Assembly: GCA_963745785.1 (NCBI GenBank)
Contig: CAVUYV010000054.1
Span: 53,672 to 117,671, forward strand
DNA from: an uncultured Alphaproteobacteria bacterium
Lineage (GTDB): Bacteria; Pseudomonadota; Alphaproteobacteria; Rhizobiales; Xanthobacteraceae
Length of the DNA: 64,000 nucleotides
Direction: 5' to 3'
How positions within the stretch are numbered: the stretch's first letter is position 1; every line of letters begins with the position of its first letter. Shown here one piece after another: positions 20,634-30,771 of the stretch. The position numbers were made by a program, and so were the translations under genes. Below the pieces are notes generated by a model. That model had not been told where the DNA came from and did not search any database. It saw only the letters and a list, made by a program, of their open reading frames with translations.

Positions 20634-22289
20634 ATGTATGCATATGACGAACTCGATCGCACGATCATCAACGAACGCGTCACCGAATTTCGCGATCAGG
20701 TGAAGCGCCGGCTGTCCGGCGAACTCACCGAGGACGAATTCAAGATGCTGCGGCTGCAGAACGGCGTCTATCTGCAGCTCCACGCCTATATGTTCCGCGT
20801 GGCGATCCCCTACGGCACGCTGTCGGCCAAGCAGTTGCGTGCGCTGGCGCACGTGGCGCGGCGCTATGACCGCGGCTACGGCCATTTCACCACGCGGCAG
20901 AACATCCAGTTCAACTGGATCAAGCTCGCCGAACTCCCCGACGCGCTGGCCGATCTCGCCGAGGTCGGCATCCACGCCATGCAGACGTCAGGCAACAACA
21001 CGCGCAACGTCACCTCGGACCAATGGGCCGGCGTGGCGCCCGGCGAGATCGAGGATCCCCGGATCTGGTCCGAGCTGTTGCGGCAGTACACGACGCTGCA
21101 TCCGGAATTCTCCTTCCTGCCGCGCAAGTTCAAATTCGCCATCACCGCGTCGGACCACGATCGCGCGGCGATCAAGGTGCACGATATCGGCCTGCGGCTT
21201 TACAAGAACGAAGCTGGCGAGACCGGATTCGAGGTGCTGGTCGGAGGCGGGCTCGGCCGCACCCCCTTCATCGGCAAGACCATCAAGCCGTTCGTTCACG
21301 GCCATGATCTCCTCAGCTACGTCGAGGCGATCCTGCGCGTCTACAACCAGTACGGCCGCCGCGACAACATCTACAAGGCGCGCATCAAGATCCTGGTGCA
21401 CGAGCTCGGCATCGAGAAATTCGCGCAGGAAGTTGAAGAAGAGTGGCTGCAGATGCGCGACAGCGCGCTGGCGATCGATGATGCCGTCATCGAGGACATC
21501 CGCTCGCGGTTCAGCTATCCGGCCTACGAAAAGCTGCCGCATATGCCCGACGAGCTGAAGAAGGCGGCGCACGATCCGCATTTCGAGGCATGGCGCAAGA
21601 ACTCGGTCTTCCCGCACAAGGTGCCGGGCTACGCCATCGTGACGCTGTCGCTGAAGCCGGTGGGTGGACCGCCGGGCGACGCCACCGCCGACCAGATGGA
21701 TGCGATCGCCGATCTCGCGGAGAAGTACTCGTTCGGCGAAATCCGCGTCGGCCACGAGCAGAACCTTGCGCTGCCCCATGTCGCCAGGCGCGATTTGCCG
21801 GTGCTGTGGAAAGCGCTCGACAAGATCGGCGTCGCGACCCCGAACGTCAATCTGGTGTCCGATATCATCGCCTGTCCGGGACTGGACTATTGCTCGCTGG
21901 CCAATGCCCGTTCGATCCCGATCGCGCAGGAACTGACGCGGCGCTTTGCCAATCACGAGACCGCCAACATGATCGGGCGGCTGCACGTCAACATCTCCGG
22001 CTGCATCAATGCCTGCGGCCATCATCACGTCGGCCATATCGGCATTCTCGGCGTCGAGAAGAACGGCGAGGAATTTTATCAGATCACGATCGGCGGCCGT
22101 GCCGACGAAAAGGCCGAGGTCGGAACCCTGATCGGACCCGCGGTGCCCTATGGCGAAGTCGCCGACGTGGTCGAGGACATCGTCGAAGCCTATCTTGCGT
22201 TGCGCGCGCGCCCCGAGGAGCTTTTCATCGACACCGTGAAGCGGCTTGGCGTCGAACCGTTCAGGGAGCGGGTCTATGCCACTCGTTAA
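20634..22289 (+). CDS. cysI: Sulfite reductase hemoprotein (nitrite/sulfite reductase)
   Basis: HFTTRQNIQ, LPRKFK, ACPGLDYC, SGCINACGHH. Confidence 0.93.
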   Translation: MYAYDELDRTIINERVTEFRDQVKRRLSGELTEDEFKMLRLQNGVYLQLHAYMFRVAIPYGTLSAKQLRALAHVARRYDRGYGHFTTRQNIQFNWIKLAELPDALADLAEVGIHAMQTSGNNTRNVTSDQWAGVAPGEIEDPRIWSELLRQYTTLHPEFSFLPRKFKFAITASDHDRAAIKVHDIGLRLYKNEAGETGFEVLVGGGLGRTPFIGKTIKPFVHGHDLLSYVEAILRVYNQYGRRDNIYKARIKILVHELGIEKFAQEVEEEWLQMRDSALAIDDAVIEDIRSRFSYPAYEKLPHMPDELKKAAHDPHFEAWRKNSVFPHKVPGYAIVTLSLKPVGGPPGDATADQMDAIADLAEKYSFGEIRVGHEQNLALPHVARRDLPVLWKALDKIGVATPNVNLVSDIIACPGLDYCSLANARSIPIAQELTRRFANHETANMIGRLHVNISGCINACGHHHVGHIGILGVEKNGEEFYQITIGGRADEKAEVGTLIGPAVPYGEVADVVEDIVEAYLALRARPEELFIDTVKRLGVEPFRERVYATR

Positions 22290-22794
22290 ACACGGAAAAA
22301 TCACCAACGACGCGTTGGTCCATGTGGCCGATGACGCCGGCGGGATTCCGGGCGATGGCGGGATCCTGATCTCGGCTGCGCGATTTCTCGAGGATCCGGA
22401 AGCGCTTTCGCGGCGGGTGGGGCGGACCGGCGTGATCTGGCCAAATAACCGCGACGTCGATGATCTTGTGCCGTACCTCGATCGCATTGCGGTGATCGCC
22501 TTGGTGTTTCCGACCTTCCGCGACGGCCGCGCCTACAGCCAGGCGCGACTGCTTCGGGAACGTCACGGTTTCAAGGGCGAGTTGCGTGCCACCGGCCAGG
22601 TGCTGCGCGATCAGTTCGTGTTCATGCTGCGCGCCGGCTTTGACGCGTTCGAAGTGAAAAAGCAAAGCGACGCGGAGGCGTTTGCCGCGACGGTACAGCG
22701 CTATTCGGTGTTCTACCAGCCGACCGGCGACGGCCGCCTCACCGCGCTGCACCGGCGGATGCAGCTGCGCCATTCCGAAAGTGCCAGCCAATGA
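22276..22794 (+). CDS. DUF934 protein
   Basis: FPTFRDGRAYSQARLLR, GELRATGQVLRDQ. Confidence 0.9.
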   Translation: MPLVKHGKITNDALVHVADDAGGIPGDGGILISAARFLEDPEALSRRVGRTGVIWPNNRDVDDLVPYLDRIAVIALVFPTFRDGRAYSQARLLRERHGFKGELRATGQVLRDQFVFMLRAGFDAFEVKKQSDAEAFAATVQRYSVFYQPTGDGRLTALHRRMQLRHSESASQ

Positions 22795-23531
22795 ATGCCC
22801 TTGCACCTCAACTATTGCCGGAACGGATAGCAGGCGCGCCGGATTTGCCGTCGGCCGAGGAACTCGATCAGGCGCTTCGCAGCCAGTCGCCGGCGGCGGT
22901 AATCGAAGCCGCCTTGCGAGCCGTCGGTCGCGAGCGTCTCGCCTTGGTCTCGTCGTTCGGCACCGAATCGGCGGCGCTGCTCAAGGTGATGGCCGATGTC
23001 GATCCGGCCATCCCCGTGATCTTTCTCGATACCGGATGGCTGTTCGAGGAGACGCTGGCCTATCGCGACACCCTGATCGCTGCGCTTGGCCTGCGCGATG
23101 TCCGGTCGATCAAGCCCCTGGAGGAGACGCTGTCGCGCGAGGATCCCGATCGCGAATTGTGGTTCTCCGATCCCGATGCCTGCTGCCGGATCCGCAAAGT
23201 AGAACCATTGGCGCGCGCATTGGCGCCGTTCAGCGCATGGATCAACGGGCGCAAGCGTTTTCAGGGCGGTCTTCGTGCCGCCATTCCCGTCGTCGAGCAG
23301 GACGGCATCAGGCTGAAATTCAATCCGTTCGCAAATGTTACCCGCGAAGAGATCGAGGCGATCTACGCAGCCGCAAAACTGCCGCCGCATCCGCTCAAGG
23401 CATCGGGTTTTCTGTCGGTCGGCTGCATGCCCTGCACCAGCCGGACATCGCCCGACGAAGATGCGCGCGCGGGCCGCTGGCGCGGCAGACCCAAGACAGA
23501 ATGCGGCATCCATACGCTCAAGACTTCGTAG
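22791..23531 (+). CDS. cysH: (Phospho)adenylyl-sulfate reductase
   Basis: SSFG, CCRIRKVEPL, SVGCMPCT, ECGIH (Fe-S Cys motifs typical of APS reductases). Confidence 0.94.
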   Translation: MNALAPQLLPERIAGAPDLPSAEELDQALRSQSPAAVIEAALRAVGRERLALVSSFGTESAALLKVMADVDPAIPVIFLDTGWLFEETLAYRDTLIAALGLRDVRSIKPLEETLSREDPDRELWFSDPDACCRIRKVEPLARALAPFSAWINGRKRFQGGLRAAIPVVEQDGIRLKFNPFANVTREEIEAIYAAAKLPPHPLKASGFLSVGCMPCTSRTSPDEDARAGRWRGRPKTECGIHTLKTS

Positions 23532-23567
23532 GATAATGAGGCTGCAACGCGGCGAACCGGCGAACAA

Positions 23568-23610
23568 TGAGATTCCGGGTTCGCTCGCCGCGCTCGCGCC
23601 CCGGAATGAC
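23568..23610. repeat. REP-like half element
   Basis: GATTCCGGG...CCCGGAATGAC hairpin. Confidence 0.6.
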
Positions 23611-23690
23611 GTTCGAATTTGAGGCCGCGTTCACCATTCAGCCACGGTTGGTATGCAACAACCACAATCGGTTTTGGGGAACCTGGAATT

Positions 23691-24195
23691 ATGCGTGCGG
23701 CGATCGCGATTATCGGGCTTTTGGCGCTGGGCGGGTGCATCGGCGGATGATGCCAGGATCGACCAGCCGAGCATGTATATCAGCATGGCCAATGGCGGAG
23801 CCAGGCTCGACCCAGAGGCTGCGGCCTCGATGATATCGCTCTACCGGCAGAACAACGGTCTTGGCGGGGTGGCGGTCGATCCCGAGCTCATGAAGCTGGC
23901 GGAATCGCAGGCGCAGGCGATGGCAAGCCAGAACAAGCTCGACCACGACGTCAAGGCCCCGCTGGCGCGACGGCTGAATGCATCAGGATATCCGGCGACG
24001 CTGGCGGTGGAAAATGTGTCTGCCGGGTATCACACCCTGGCGGAAGCGTTTTCCGGCTGGCGCGACTCGCCTCCGCACCGGGCAAATATGCTGAAAAATG
24101 GTGTCACAAAATTAGGCATCGCCGCAAGCTATGCTCCAAACACCAAATACAAGGTGTTCTGGACGCTCATTCTCGCATCATCGGAGACCGGATAA
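23691..24195 (+). CDS. CAP/SCP domain lipoprotein, frameshift near 23745
   Basis: MRAAIAIIGLLALGGC lipobox in one frame; ENVSAG, WRDSPPHRANML in another. Confidence 0.8.
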
Positions 24196-24329
24196 CCGGG
24201 GCGTGATGCGCGTCCTTTCCCTCGCCGATTGACGCCATCGCGAACTGACGCCACGCTGCAGTCGTTTTGTTATAGACGCCACACTGCGGCCGTTTTTTAT
24301 ATTGGTCGTATGATATTGGATCGGCGGTC

Positions 24330-25514
24330 ATGATGGATTACTCCAAACCAGCGCCAGCAAAGACACCCGCAAAGGCCCAGCGCGTGCTGGTTCTGCAGGG
24401 CGGCGGCGCGCTCGGCTCCTATCAGGCCGGCGCCTATCAGGCCCTGTGTCACTTTGATTTCGAGCCGGAATGGATTGCCGGCATCTCGATCGGCGCCATC
24501 AACGCCGCGATCATCGCCGGCAATCCGCGCGAAAAGCGGGTCGAGCGCCTCAAGGAATTCTGGGAGATGGTCTCTGCGCCGGTGCCCTGGAATCCGGTCA
24601 CCAAGAGTGACCGCGGCCGATCGCTTTTCAACGAGACCAGCGCCGCCTTGATCGCCACCTTCGGCGTCCCCGGCTTTTTCACGCCGCGTTTTCCGCCGGC
24701 GCCGCTGTGGCCGCAGGGCAGCGCGCAGTCGCTGAGCTATTACGATACCGCCCCGCTTCGAAAGACGCTGGAGCGCCTGGTCGATTTCGACCGCATCAAC
24801 GACCTCAAGACCCGGCTCAGCGTCGGTGCCGTGAGTGTAACGACCGGCAACTTCAAATATTTCGACAATTTCGAGTTCAGGAAGCTGGGCAAGAGGATCG
24901 AGCCGGAACACATCATGGCTTCGGGCGCGCTGCCGCCCGGTTTCCCTTCCATCGTCATCGAGGGCGAGCATTTCTGGGATGGCGGTATCGCCTCGAACAC
25001 GCCGCTGGACTATGTGCTGGATGAAGCAGGCAGGACCGACCTCCTGATCTTTCAGGTCGATTTGTTCAGCGCGCGCGGCCTGCTGCCTACCTCACTTCTC
25101 GACGCAGCCGAGCGCGAGAAAGACATCCGTTTTTCCAGCCGCACCCGCATGAATACCGACAAGAACCGGCAGATTCACAACGCCCGCAAGGCGGTGCGCG
25201 ACCTGATCAGCAAATTGCCCGATGATCTCAAGAACGATCCATCGGTCGAATTTCTGCGCGAAGCCGCCAAGGAAAACACCGTCACCGTGGTGCATCTGAT
25301 CTACCGCAGCAAGAACCACGAATCGAATTCCAAGGATTACGATTTTTCCCACATCGGCATGGTCGAGCACTGGGGAGCGGGGGTGCGCGACGTTCATCTC
25401 TCGATGCGTCACAAGGAATGGCTCGAGCGGCCGCAATCCGGCGAAACCATGGTGACTTACGACCTCGCGGGCGACAGCCCCGAAACCCTCGGCGACAACC
25501 AGGAGAGCAAATGA
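24330..25514 (+). CDS. Patatin-like hydrolase with DUF3734-type C-terminus
   Basis: GGGALG, GISIG nucleophile, WDGG; SKDYDFS. Confidence 0.9.
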   Translation: MMDYSKPAPAKTPAKAQRVLVLQGGGALGSYQAGAYQALCHFDFEPEWIAGISIGAINAAIIAGNPREKRVERLKEFWEMVSAPVPWNPVTKSDRGRSLFNETSAALIATFGVPGFFTPRFPPAPLWPQGSAQSLSYYDTAPLRKTLERLVDFDRINDLKTRLSVGAVSVTTGNFKYFDNFEFRKLGKRIEPEHIMASGALPPGFPSIVIEGEHFWDGGIASNTPLDYVLDEAGRTDLLIFQVDLFSARGLLPTSLLDAAEREKDIRFSSRTRMNTDKNRQIHNARKAVRDLISKLPDDLKNDPSVEFLREAAKENTVTVVHLIYRSKNHESNSKDYDFSHIGMVEHWGAGVRDVHLSMRHKEWLERPQSGETMVTYDLAGDSPETLGDNQESK

Positions 25515-25515
25515 A

Positions 25516-26304
25516 ATGGCTACATTGACAGGCAAGACCGCGGTGGTGACCGGCTCGACCAGCGGCATCGGACTGGCATATGCGCGCACCTTTGCCAGTG
25601 CCGGCGCCAATATCGTTCTCAACGGCATGGGCACGCCCGACGACATCGAGAAGGAGCGGTCGAGCATCGAAAGGGATTTCAAGGTCAAGGCGGTTCATTC
25701 GCCGGCCGACATGACCAAGCCCGCGCAGATCGCCGAGATGATCGCGCTGGGAGAAAAGACCTTCGGCTCGGTCGACGTCCTCGTCAACAATGCCGGCATC
25801 CAGTTCGTGTCGCCGATCGAGGAGTTTCCGCCCGAGAAATGGGAAGCGATCATCGCGATCAACCTGTCGTCGGCGTTTTATGGCATCCGCGCCGCCGTGC
25901 CCGGCATGAAGAAGCGCGGCTGGGGCCGCATCATCAATACGGCTTCCGCGCATTCGCTGGTGGCCTCGCCGTTCAAGGCGGCTTATGTTTCGGCCAAGCA
26001 CGGCATCGCGGGCCTCACCAAGACCGTGGCGCTGGAGCTTGCGACCTTCAAGATCACCTGCAACTGCATCAGCCCGGGTTATGTCTGGACCCCGCTGGTC
26101 GAGAAGCAGATTCCCGACACCATGAAGGCGCGCAACCTGACCAAGGAGCAGGTCATTCGCGACGTGCTGCTGGAAGCGCAGCCGACCAAGGAGTTCGTCA
26201 CCTCCGAGCAGGTCGCGGCGCTGGCGCTGTTTCTCTGCGGCGACGACGCGGCGCAGATCACCGGCGCCAATCTCTCCATCGACGGCGGCTGGACCGCGGA
26301 ATAG
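25516..26304 (+). CDS. bdhA: D-3-hydroxybutyrate dehydrogenase
   Basis: TGSTSGIG, NNAGIQ, YVSAKHG, WTPLVEKQI, QPTKEFV. Confidence 0.9.
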   Translation: MATLTGKTAVVTGSTSGIGLAYARTFASAGANIVLNGMGTPDDIEKERSSIERDFKVKAVHSPADMTKPAQIAEMIALGEKTFGSVDVLVNNAGIQFVSPIEEFPPEKWEAIIAINLSSAFYGIRAAVPGMKKRGWGRIINTASAHSLVASPFKAAYVSAKHGIAGLTKTVALELATFKITCNCISPGYVWTPLVEKQIPDTMKARNLTKEQVIRDVLLEAQPTKEFVTSEQVAALALFLCGDDAAQITGANLSIDGGWTAE

Positions 26305-26354
26305 GGGCAAGCCATCACTGCCCCGTCGATTCCGCGTGTGCAATTGCACATCTG

Positions 26355-26442
26355 AGGGCGTGAGCGAAGCGAAACGAACCCGGAATCATGACGAGATTCC
26401 GGGCTAACTCGCGGCCCGGAATGACACGCATCCCGGAATGAC
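26355..26442. repeat. REP-like element
   Basis: CCCGGAATC...GATTCCGGG...CCGGAATGAC (twice). Confidence 0.55.
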
Positions 26443-26456
26443 ACGCTGAAACAGTC

Positions 26457-27296
26457 CTAATCCAGATTGATGTTGAATTCGTAGGCGCTGATCGCCGCCG
26501 ACCAGGGTCAGTTTGAGCGCGGCGCCGTCGGGATTCGTGCCGGAGGCAGGCCCTCGAGTTCGAAGGCAAAGCGCTTGACCCCGGGCGGGCTGTGTTCCAG
26601 CAGTTTTGGAACCGGGAGCGCCCAGTCCGGCGTCGGTCCTTCGACAAACAGGTTGACGGCCCTGGTGTCGGGCACGGCCACGTCGACCAGCACCGTCGAT
26701 TTGCCGTCGCGCTTGACGTCACGGATGGTCAACGGGTTGGGGTCTCCGACATTGGCCGGCTTGGGCACGGTGTCGAGGGCTGCGAACAGCGCACTGTCCT
26801 CGGTGCTCGCCACGCTGGCGATGGCGAGTTCTGCACTGGCTTCGACCGGGATGCAGAGTTTCTCGCACACCGCGTAGTTGATATCGGCGCGAAGCGTCAC
26901 CGGCTTGTCGGCACTTTTGGCGACAATCCGCAGCGGCAGCACCACCTGATTGTTGTAACCCAGCGAATAGCCGCCGGCGCCATCGTCAAATTTCATCGGG
27001 GCGGGCCACAGCACGGTGACGGCCTCGATATTTTCCGATTTGGAGAAATCGAAGCGCGGCGGCACGCCGGAATCGCCGGGCGTCCGCCAGTAGGTTTTCC
27101 ATCCCGGCTCCAGCTGGAAGGCGATGCCGCCCATCAGCACCGCCCCGCTGCGCGATCCCGCCAGCAGGCGGACCGCGGAATGTCCGTCCCGTTGCCATGG
27201 CGAGGCATCCTGGGCGCGGGCCTCGAGCGCCAGGGATGACGCCAATAACGTTGCGGCAAAGCCGAGCGCGGCACGCATGGGAACTATGACGACCAT
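26457..27296 (-). CDS. DsbD N-terminal-like domain protein, frameshifts near 3' end
   Basis: GWKTYWRTPGDSGVPP, VCEKLCIP; natural end ...YEFNINLD* in shifted frame. Confidence 0.82.
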
Positions 27297-27432
27297 GAGA
27301 CGTCTTTACAGCCAAGGGAGCGCGCTAACCATTGAATTGCTTGTGATGCAATTCTGCAGGCGGCGGCGAGAAGCTTGATTGACAGAACGGGCACCCAATA
27401 TCAGGATGTGATCAACCGAAAGTCCTTTGCGG

Positions 27433-28083
27433 ATGGACCCTGAAGGCAAAACACCGAGGATTGTTGGCCGCCAAGCCGCCGGCATCGGCGACAATTCGTC
27501 CGAACGCGGCTATCTCGACGGTCAGCTCTTGATCGCGATGCCGGTGATGGGAGATCCGCGCTTCGAGCGTTCGGTGATCTATCTTTGCGCGCATTCCTCC
27601 GAAGGCGCCATGGGCATCATCGTCAACCGTCCGGCGGGCAGTATCGACTTTCCCGAATTGCTGGTGCAGCTCGACATCATCAAGAAGGCCGACCAGATCA
27701 AGCTGCCGGAAAACGCCGAGACCATGAAGGTGCTGAAGGGCGGCCCGGTCGAGACCGGCCGCGGCTTCGTGCTGCATTCGAGCGATTTCTTCATCAAGGA
27801 TGCCACGCTCAAGATCGACGACGGAATTTGCCTGACCGCGACGGTGGATATTTTGAAGGCGATCGCGAAGGGCGCCGGGCCGAAGCACGCCATCCTCGCG
27901 CTCGGCTATGCCGGCTGGGCGCCGGGACAGCTGGAAACCGAGATCCAGGACAATGGCTGGCTGCATTGCGACGCCGATCCGGACCTGATTTTCGGCGGCG
28001 ACATCGAGGAAAAATACCTCCGCGCGCTCCGCAAGATCGGGATCGATCCCGGCATGCTCTCGAACGAAGCGGGGCATGCGTAG
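27433..28083 (+). CDS. YqgE/AlgH family (UPF0301) protein
   Basis: [31 protein letters not shown]. Confidence 0.93.
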   Translation: MDPEGKTPRIVGRQAAGIGDNSSERGYLDGQLLIAMPVMGDPRFERSVIYLCAHSSEGAMGIIVNRPAGSIDFPELLVQLDIIKKADQIKLPENAETMKVLKGGPVETGRGFVLHSSDFFIKDATLKIDDGICLTATVDILKAIAKGAGPKHAILALGYAGWAPGQLETEIQDNGWLHCDADPDLIFGGDIEEKYLRALRKIGIDPGMLSNEAGHA

Positions 28084-28111
28084 TGCGCGCTGCATGCCCG
28101 CAAACATAGAG

Positions 28112-28212
28112 CCGTCATGCCCCGCGAAGGCGGGGCATCCAGTAATCACCGGCGTTGCTGTAATCACTAAGGGCTGCGTTTACTGGATCGCCCGCTTTCG
28201 CGGGCGATGACG
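28112..28212. repeat. REP-like palindromic doublet
   Basis: GTCATGCCCCGCGAAGGCGGGGCATCCAGTAA...TTACTGGATCGCCCGCTTTCGCGGGCGATGAC. Confidence 0.75.
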
Positions 28213-28241
28213 ATCTCTTGCAACGATGAGGCTTCGTGCCT

Positions 28242-29129
28242 CTACTCCGCCGCCTGCTGCGCTACCGTCGGCTCGGTGCCGGCCACCGTGGCGCGGCGCA
28301 TGTCGCGCGGCTGCGACTGGTCGTAGCGCCGCACCCGGTGCATGGTCTGGCGGTTGTCCCACATCACGAGGTCATGCACCGTCCATTTGTGGACGTAGAC
28401 GAACTCCGGCTGCGTGGCGTGCTCGGTGAGATCGCGCAGCAACAGCCGCGCCTCCGGCACGCTCATGCCGACGATCGCGCCGGCATGCGATGAAAGATAA
28501 AGCGACTTGCGGCGGTGCACCGGATGGGTGCGCACCAGCCGCTGCCGCACCGGCTTGAACATCTGCCTTTCTTCCTCGGTGTAATCGACGAAGCCCAGCG
28601 AGCCGCGGGAATACATCAGCGAATGCTCGCAGATCAGGTCCTCGATCTCGGCCTTGGTCTCGTCGTCGAGCGCGTCATAGGCCGCGCGCATGTCGGCGAA
28701 TTCGGTATTGCCGCCCTTGGGGTTGACCACGCGCGCCGACAGCAGCGAAAATTTTGCGGGAATCGGGCGGAACGAACTGTCGGAATGCCACAGGCAGTTG
28801 CCGAGATTGAACAGATGGGTGCGGTGATCGCGCGGCAGCGGCTTGCCGTCCTTGCCGAGATTGGAGACGTCGTTCAGCCCGGAGGTGAGCCGGTAATCTT
28901 CCTTCTTGGTCACCGTGCCGCCGCGCGCATTCTCGCGCTCGCCGAAATTGCGCGCAAACACCAGTTGCTGATCGTCTGATATGTCCTGGTCGCGGAACAG
29001 CAGCACGGCGTATTTGTCCATGCCGGCTTCGATATCCTTGGCCTCTTGCGCCGTCAGCGGTTTGCGCAAATCGACGCCCGTGACTTCACCGAAAAAATGC
29101 GGGTGAAGCTGCCGGATCGAGACAGTCAT
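28242..29129 (-). CDS. TauD/TfdA family Fe(II)/2-oxoglutarate dioxygenase
   Basis: WHSDSSF (HxD), WDNRQTMHR, MRRAT. Confidence 0.92.
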   Translation of the reverse strand: MTVSIRQLHPHFFGEVTGVDLRKPLTAQEAKDIEAGMDKYAVLLFRDQDISDDQQLVFARNFGERENARGGTVTKKEDYRLTSGLNDVSNLGKDGKPLPRDHRTHLFNLGNCLWHSDSSFRPIPAKFSLLSARVVNPKGGNTEFADMRAAYDALDDETKAEIEDLICEHSLMYSRGSLGFVDYTEEERQMFKPVRQRLVRTHPVHRRKSLYLSSHAGAIVGMSVPEARLLLRDLTEHATQPEFVYVHKWTVHDLVMWDNRQTMHRVRRYDQSQPRDMRRATVAGTEPTVAQQAAE

Positions 29130-29442
29130 GGCGTTTCTCCTGATCGGGGCGAGCGGTTATTCCGCTCCATTTGCGTGAAAAGCTACTCCCGGAGATCGCG
29201 ATGTCAACGCGTCCCGATGCATGGCCACCGTCAAGGGTTGCGCAATTCGTATCCCGGACGCGGTGCAGCGTCTCTTCGACGATGCACCAAGACGACGCTC
29301 AATCCTTTAACCGACCGGCTGAGTTGTTTGAAATCGAACATCGAATGCTCGCTGACGATGATGTCGTGCAGTGCAAGATTGACAAGGCTGGCACCGATCC
29401 GCAGAGAGGTCAAACCACGCGAAATTAACGATCGAGGGTGCG

Positions 29443-30177
29443 ATGAACGAACTGGATTTCAGCGGCAAGCAGGTCCTGGTGGTGGGCGGCTCCAGCGGCA
29501 TCGGCAACGGCATCGCGCAAGCGTTCCGCGCCAGGGGCGCGCGCGTGCATGTTTGCGGCACCCGCGCGACCGCGGCCGATTATTCGCTCGCCGAGGGATC
29601 GCATCTCGAGGGCCTCGATTACGCGCGGCTTGACGTCAGCGATGCCAACGCGATCGAGAATTTCAAGCCGTCATTCGACCGGCTCGACGTGCTGGTGCTG
29701 GCGCAGGGGGCGGTGATCTACCGGCGCGGCGAATTCGAAATGGGCGGATTTCGCAAGGTGCTTGAAGTCAATCTGATCAGCCTGATGGCCTGCGCGACAA
29801 GATTTCATGCGATGCTGAGCGCGGCCAGGGGCTCATTGATCATTATCAGTTCGACCGCCGCCTATCATGCGACCAAGGGCAATCCGGCCTACAACGCCTC
29901 GAAAACCGGCGCCGTCGGATTGACCCGGACGCTTGGCCAGGCGTGGGCGGAGAACGGCATTCGCGTCAACGGCATCGCACCAGGCCTGGTCGACACCAAG
30001 ATGACCAGGGTGACGACATCGAATCCGAAACGGCTCGAGGGCGCGATCGAGCGGATACCGCTGAAGCGGCTGGGAACACCGGCCGACATGGCGGGCGCCG
30101 CGCTGTTTCTGGCGTCGCCGCTCGCCTCCTACATGGTCGGTCAAACCCTTGTCGTGGACGGCGGCCTCATTCTGTAA
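29443..30177 (+). CDS. SDR family oxidoreductase
   Basis: GGSSGIG, YNASK, RVNGIAPG, VDGG. Confidence 0.92.
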   Translation: MNELDFSGKQVLVVGGSSGIGNGIAQAFRARGARVHVCGTRATAADYSLAEGSHLEGLDYARLDVSDANAIENFKPSFDRLDVLVLAQGAVIYRRGEFEMGGFRKVLEVNLISLMACATRFHAMLSAARGSLIIISSTAAYHATKGNPAYNASKTGAVGLTRTLGQAWAENGIRVNGIAPGLVDTKMTRVTTSNPKRLEGAIERIPLKRLGTPADMAGAALFLASPLASYMVGQTLVVDGGLIL

Positions 30178-30183
30178 GCCACA

Positions 30184-30208
30184 GGAACCGGATCGGGTTT
30201 CATCGGTT
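30184..30208 (+). promoter_or_regulatory. EcfG-type promoter for second CsbD gene
   Basis: GGAAC-N16-GGTT. Confidence 0.7.
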
Positions 30209-30240
30209 AGCTCCCCGGCAAGTTCAAGGAGTTTGATGCG

Positions 30241-30630
30241 ATGGACAAGGACCGAATTGTGGGCGCGGCCAAGGATGCCGCCGGTAAAGTCGAAGGCGCC
30301 GTCGGCGATATCTCAGGCGACACGAAAACCCAGGCTTCCGGCCGCGCCCGCGAGGCGGCAGGCACCGTGCAGAATCTGTACGGCCAGGCCAAGGATGCCG
30401 CGCGCGAGGTCAAGGATACCGCGCGCGAAGCCACCGATGCCGCCGTCGGCTACGCCAAGGACGCCTATGAGAACAGCGGCGAGACATTCCGCGAAGGCTC
30501 GCAAGCTGTGGCGAAGAAAGTGCAGGAGAATCCGCTCGGCGCGCTATTGGTCGCAGCCGGTGTCGGCTTTGCGCTGGCGCTCTTGATGACGCGCCCGCCG
30601 CGCCGTCCTCGCGGGCGATATTACAGCTGA
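30241..30630 (+). CDS. CsbD family protein with DUF883-like C-terminal anchor
   Basis: MDKDRIVGAAK..GKVE.AVG...GQAKD; ENPLGALLVAAGVGFAL. Confidence 0.85.
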   Translation: MDKDRIVGAAKDAAGKVEGAVGDISGDTKTQASGRAREAAGTVQNLYGQAKDAAREVKDTAREATDAAVGYAKDAYENSGETFREGSQAVAKKVQENPLGALLVAAGVGFALALLMTRPPRRPRGRYYS

Positions 30631-30665
30631 GCTGATCCTTCCGTTCTCAGCCTCTGTTAGCCTTC

Positions 30666-30766
30666 GTCATTCCGGGATGCGCCTCTCGGCGCAGGCCCGG
30701 AATCCATACTCATTGTCGTGGTTATGGATTCCGGACTCGCTCGCTGTGCTCGCGATCCGGAATGAC
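30666..30766. repeat. REP-like palindromic doublet
   Basis: CGTCATTCCGGG...CCGGAATCCATA...TATGGATTCCGG...CCGGAATGACG. Confidence 0.75.
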
Positions 30767-30771
30767 GAGGC

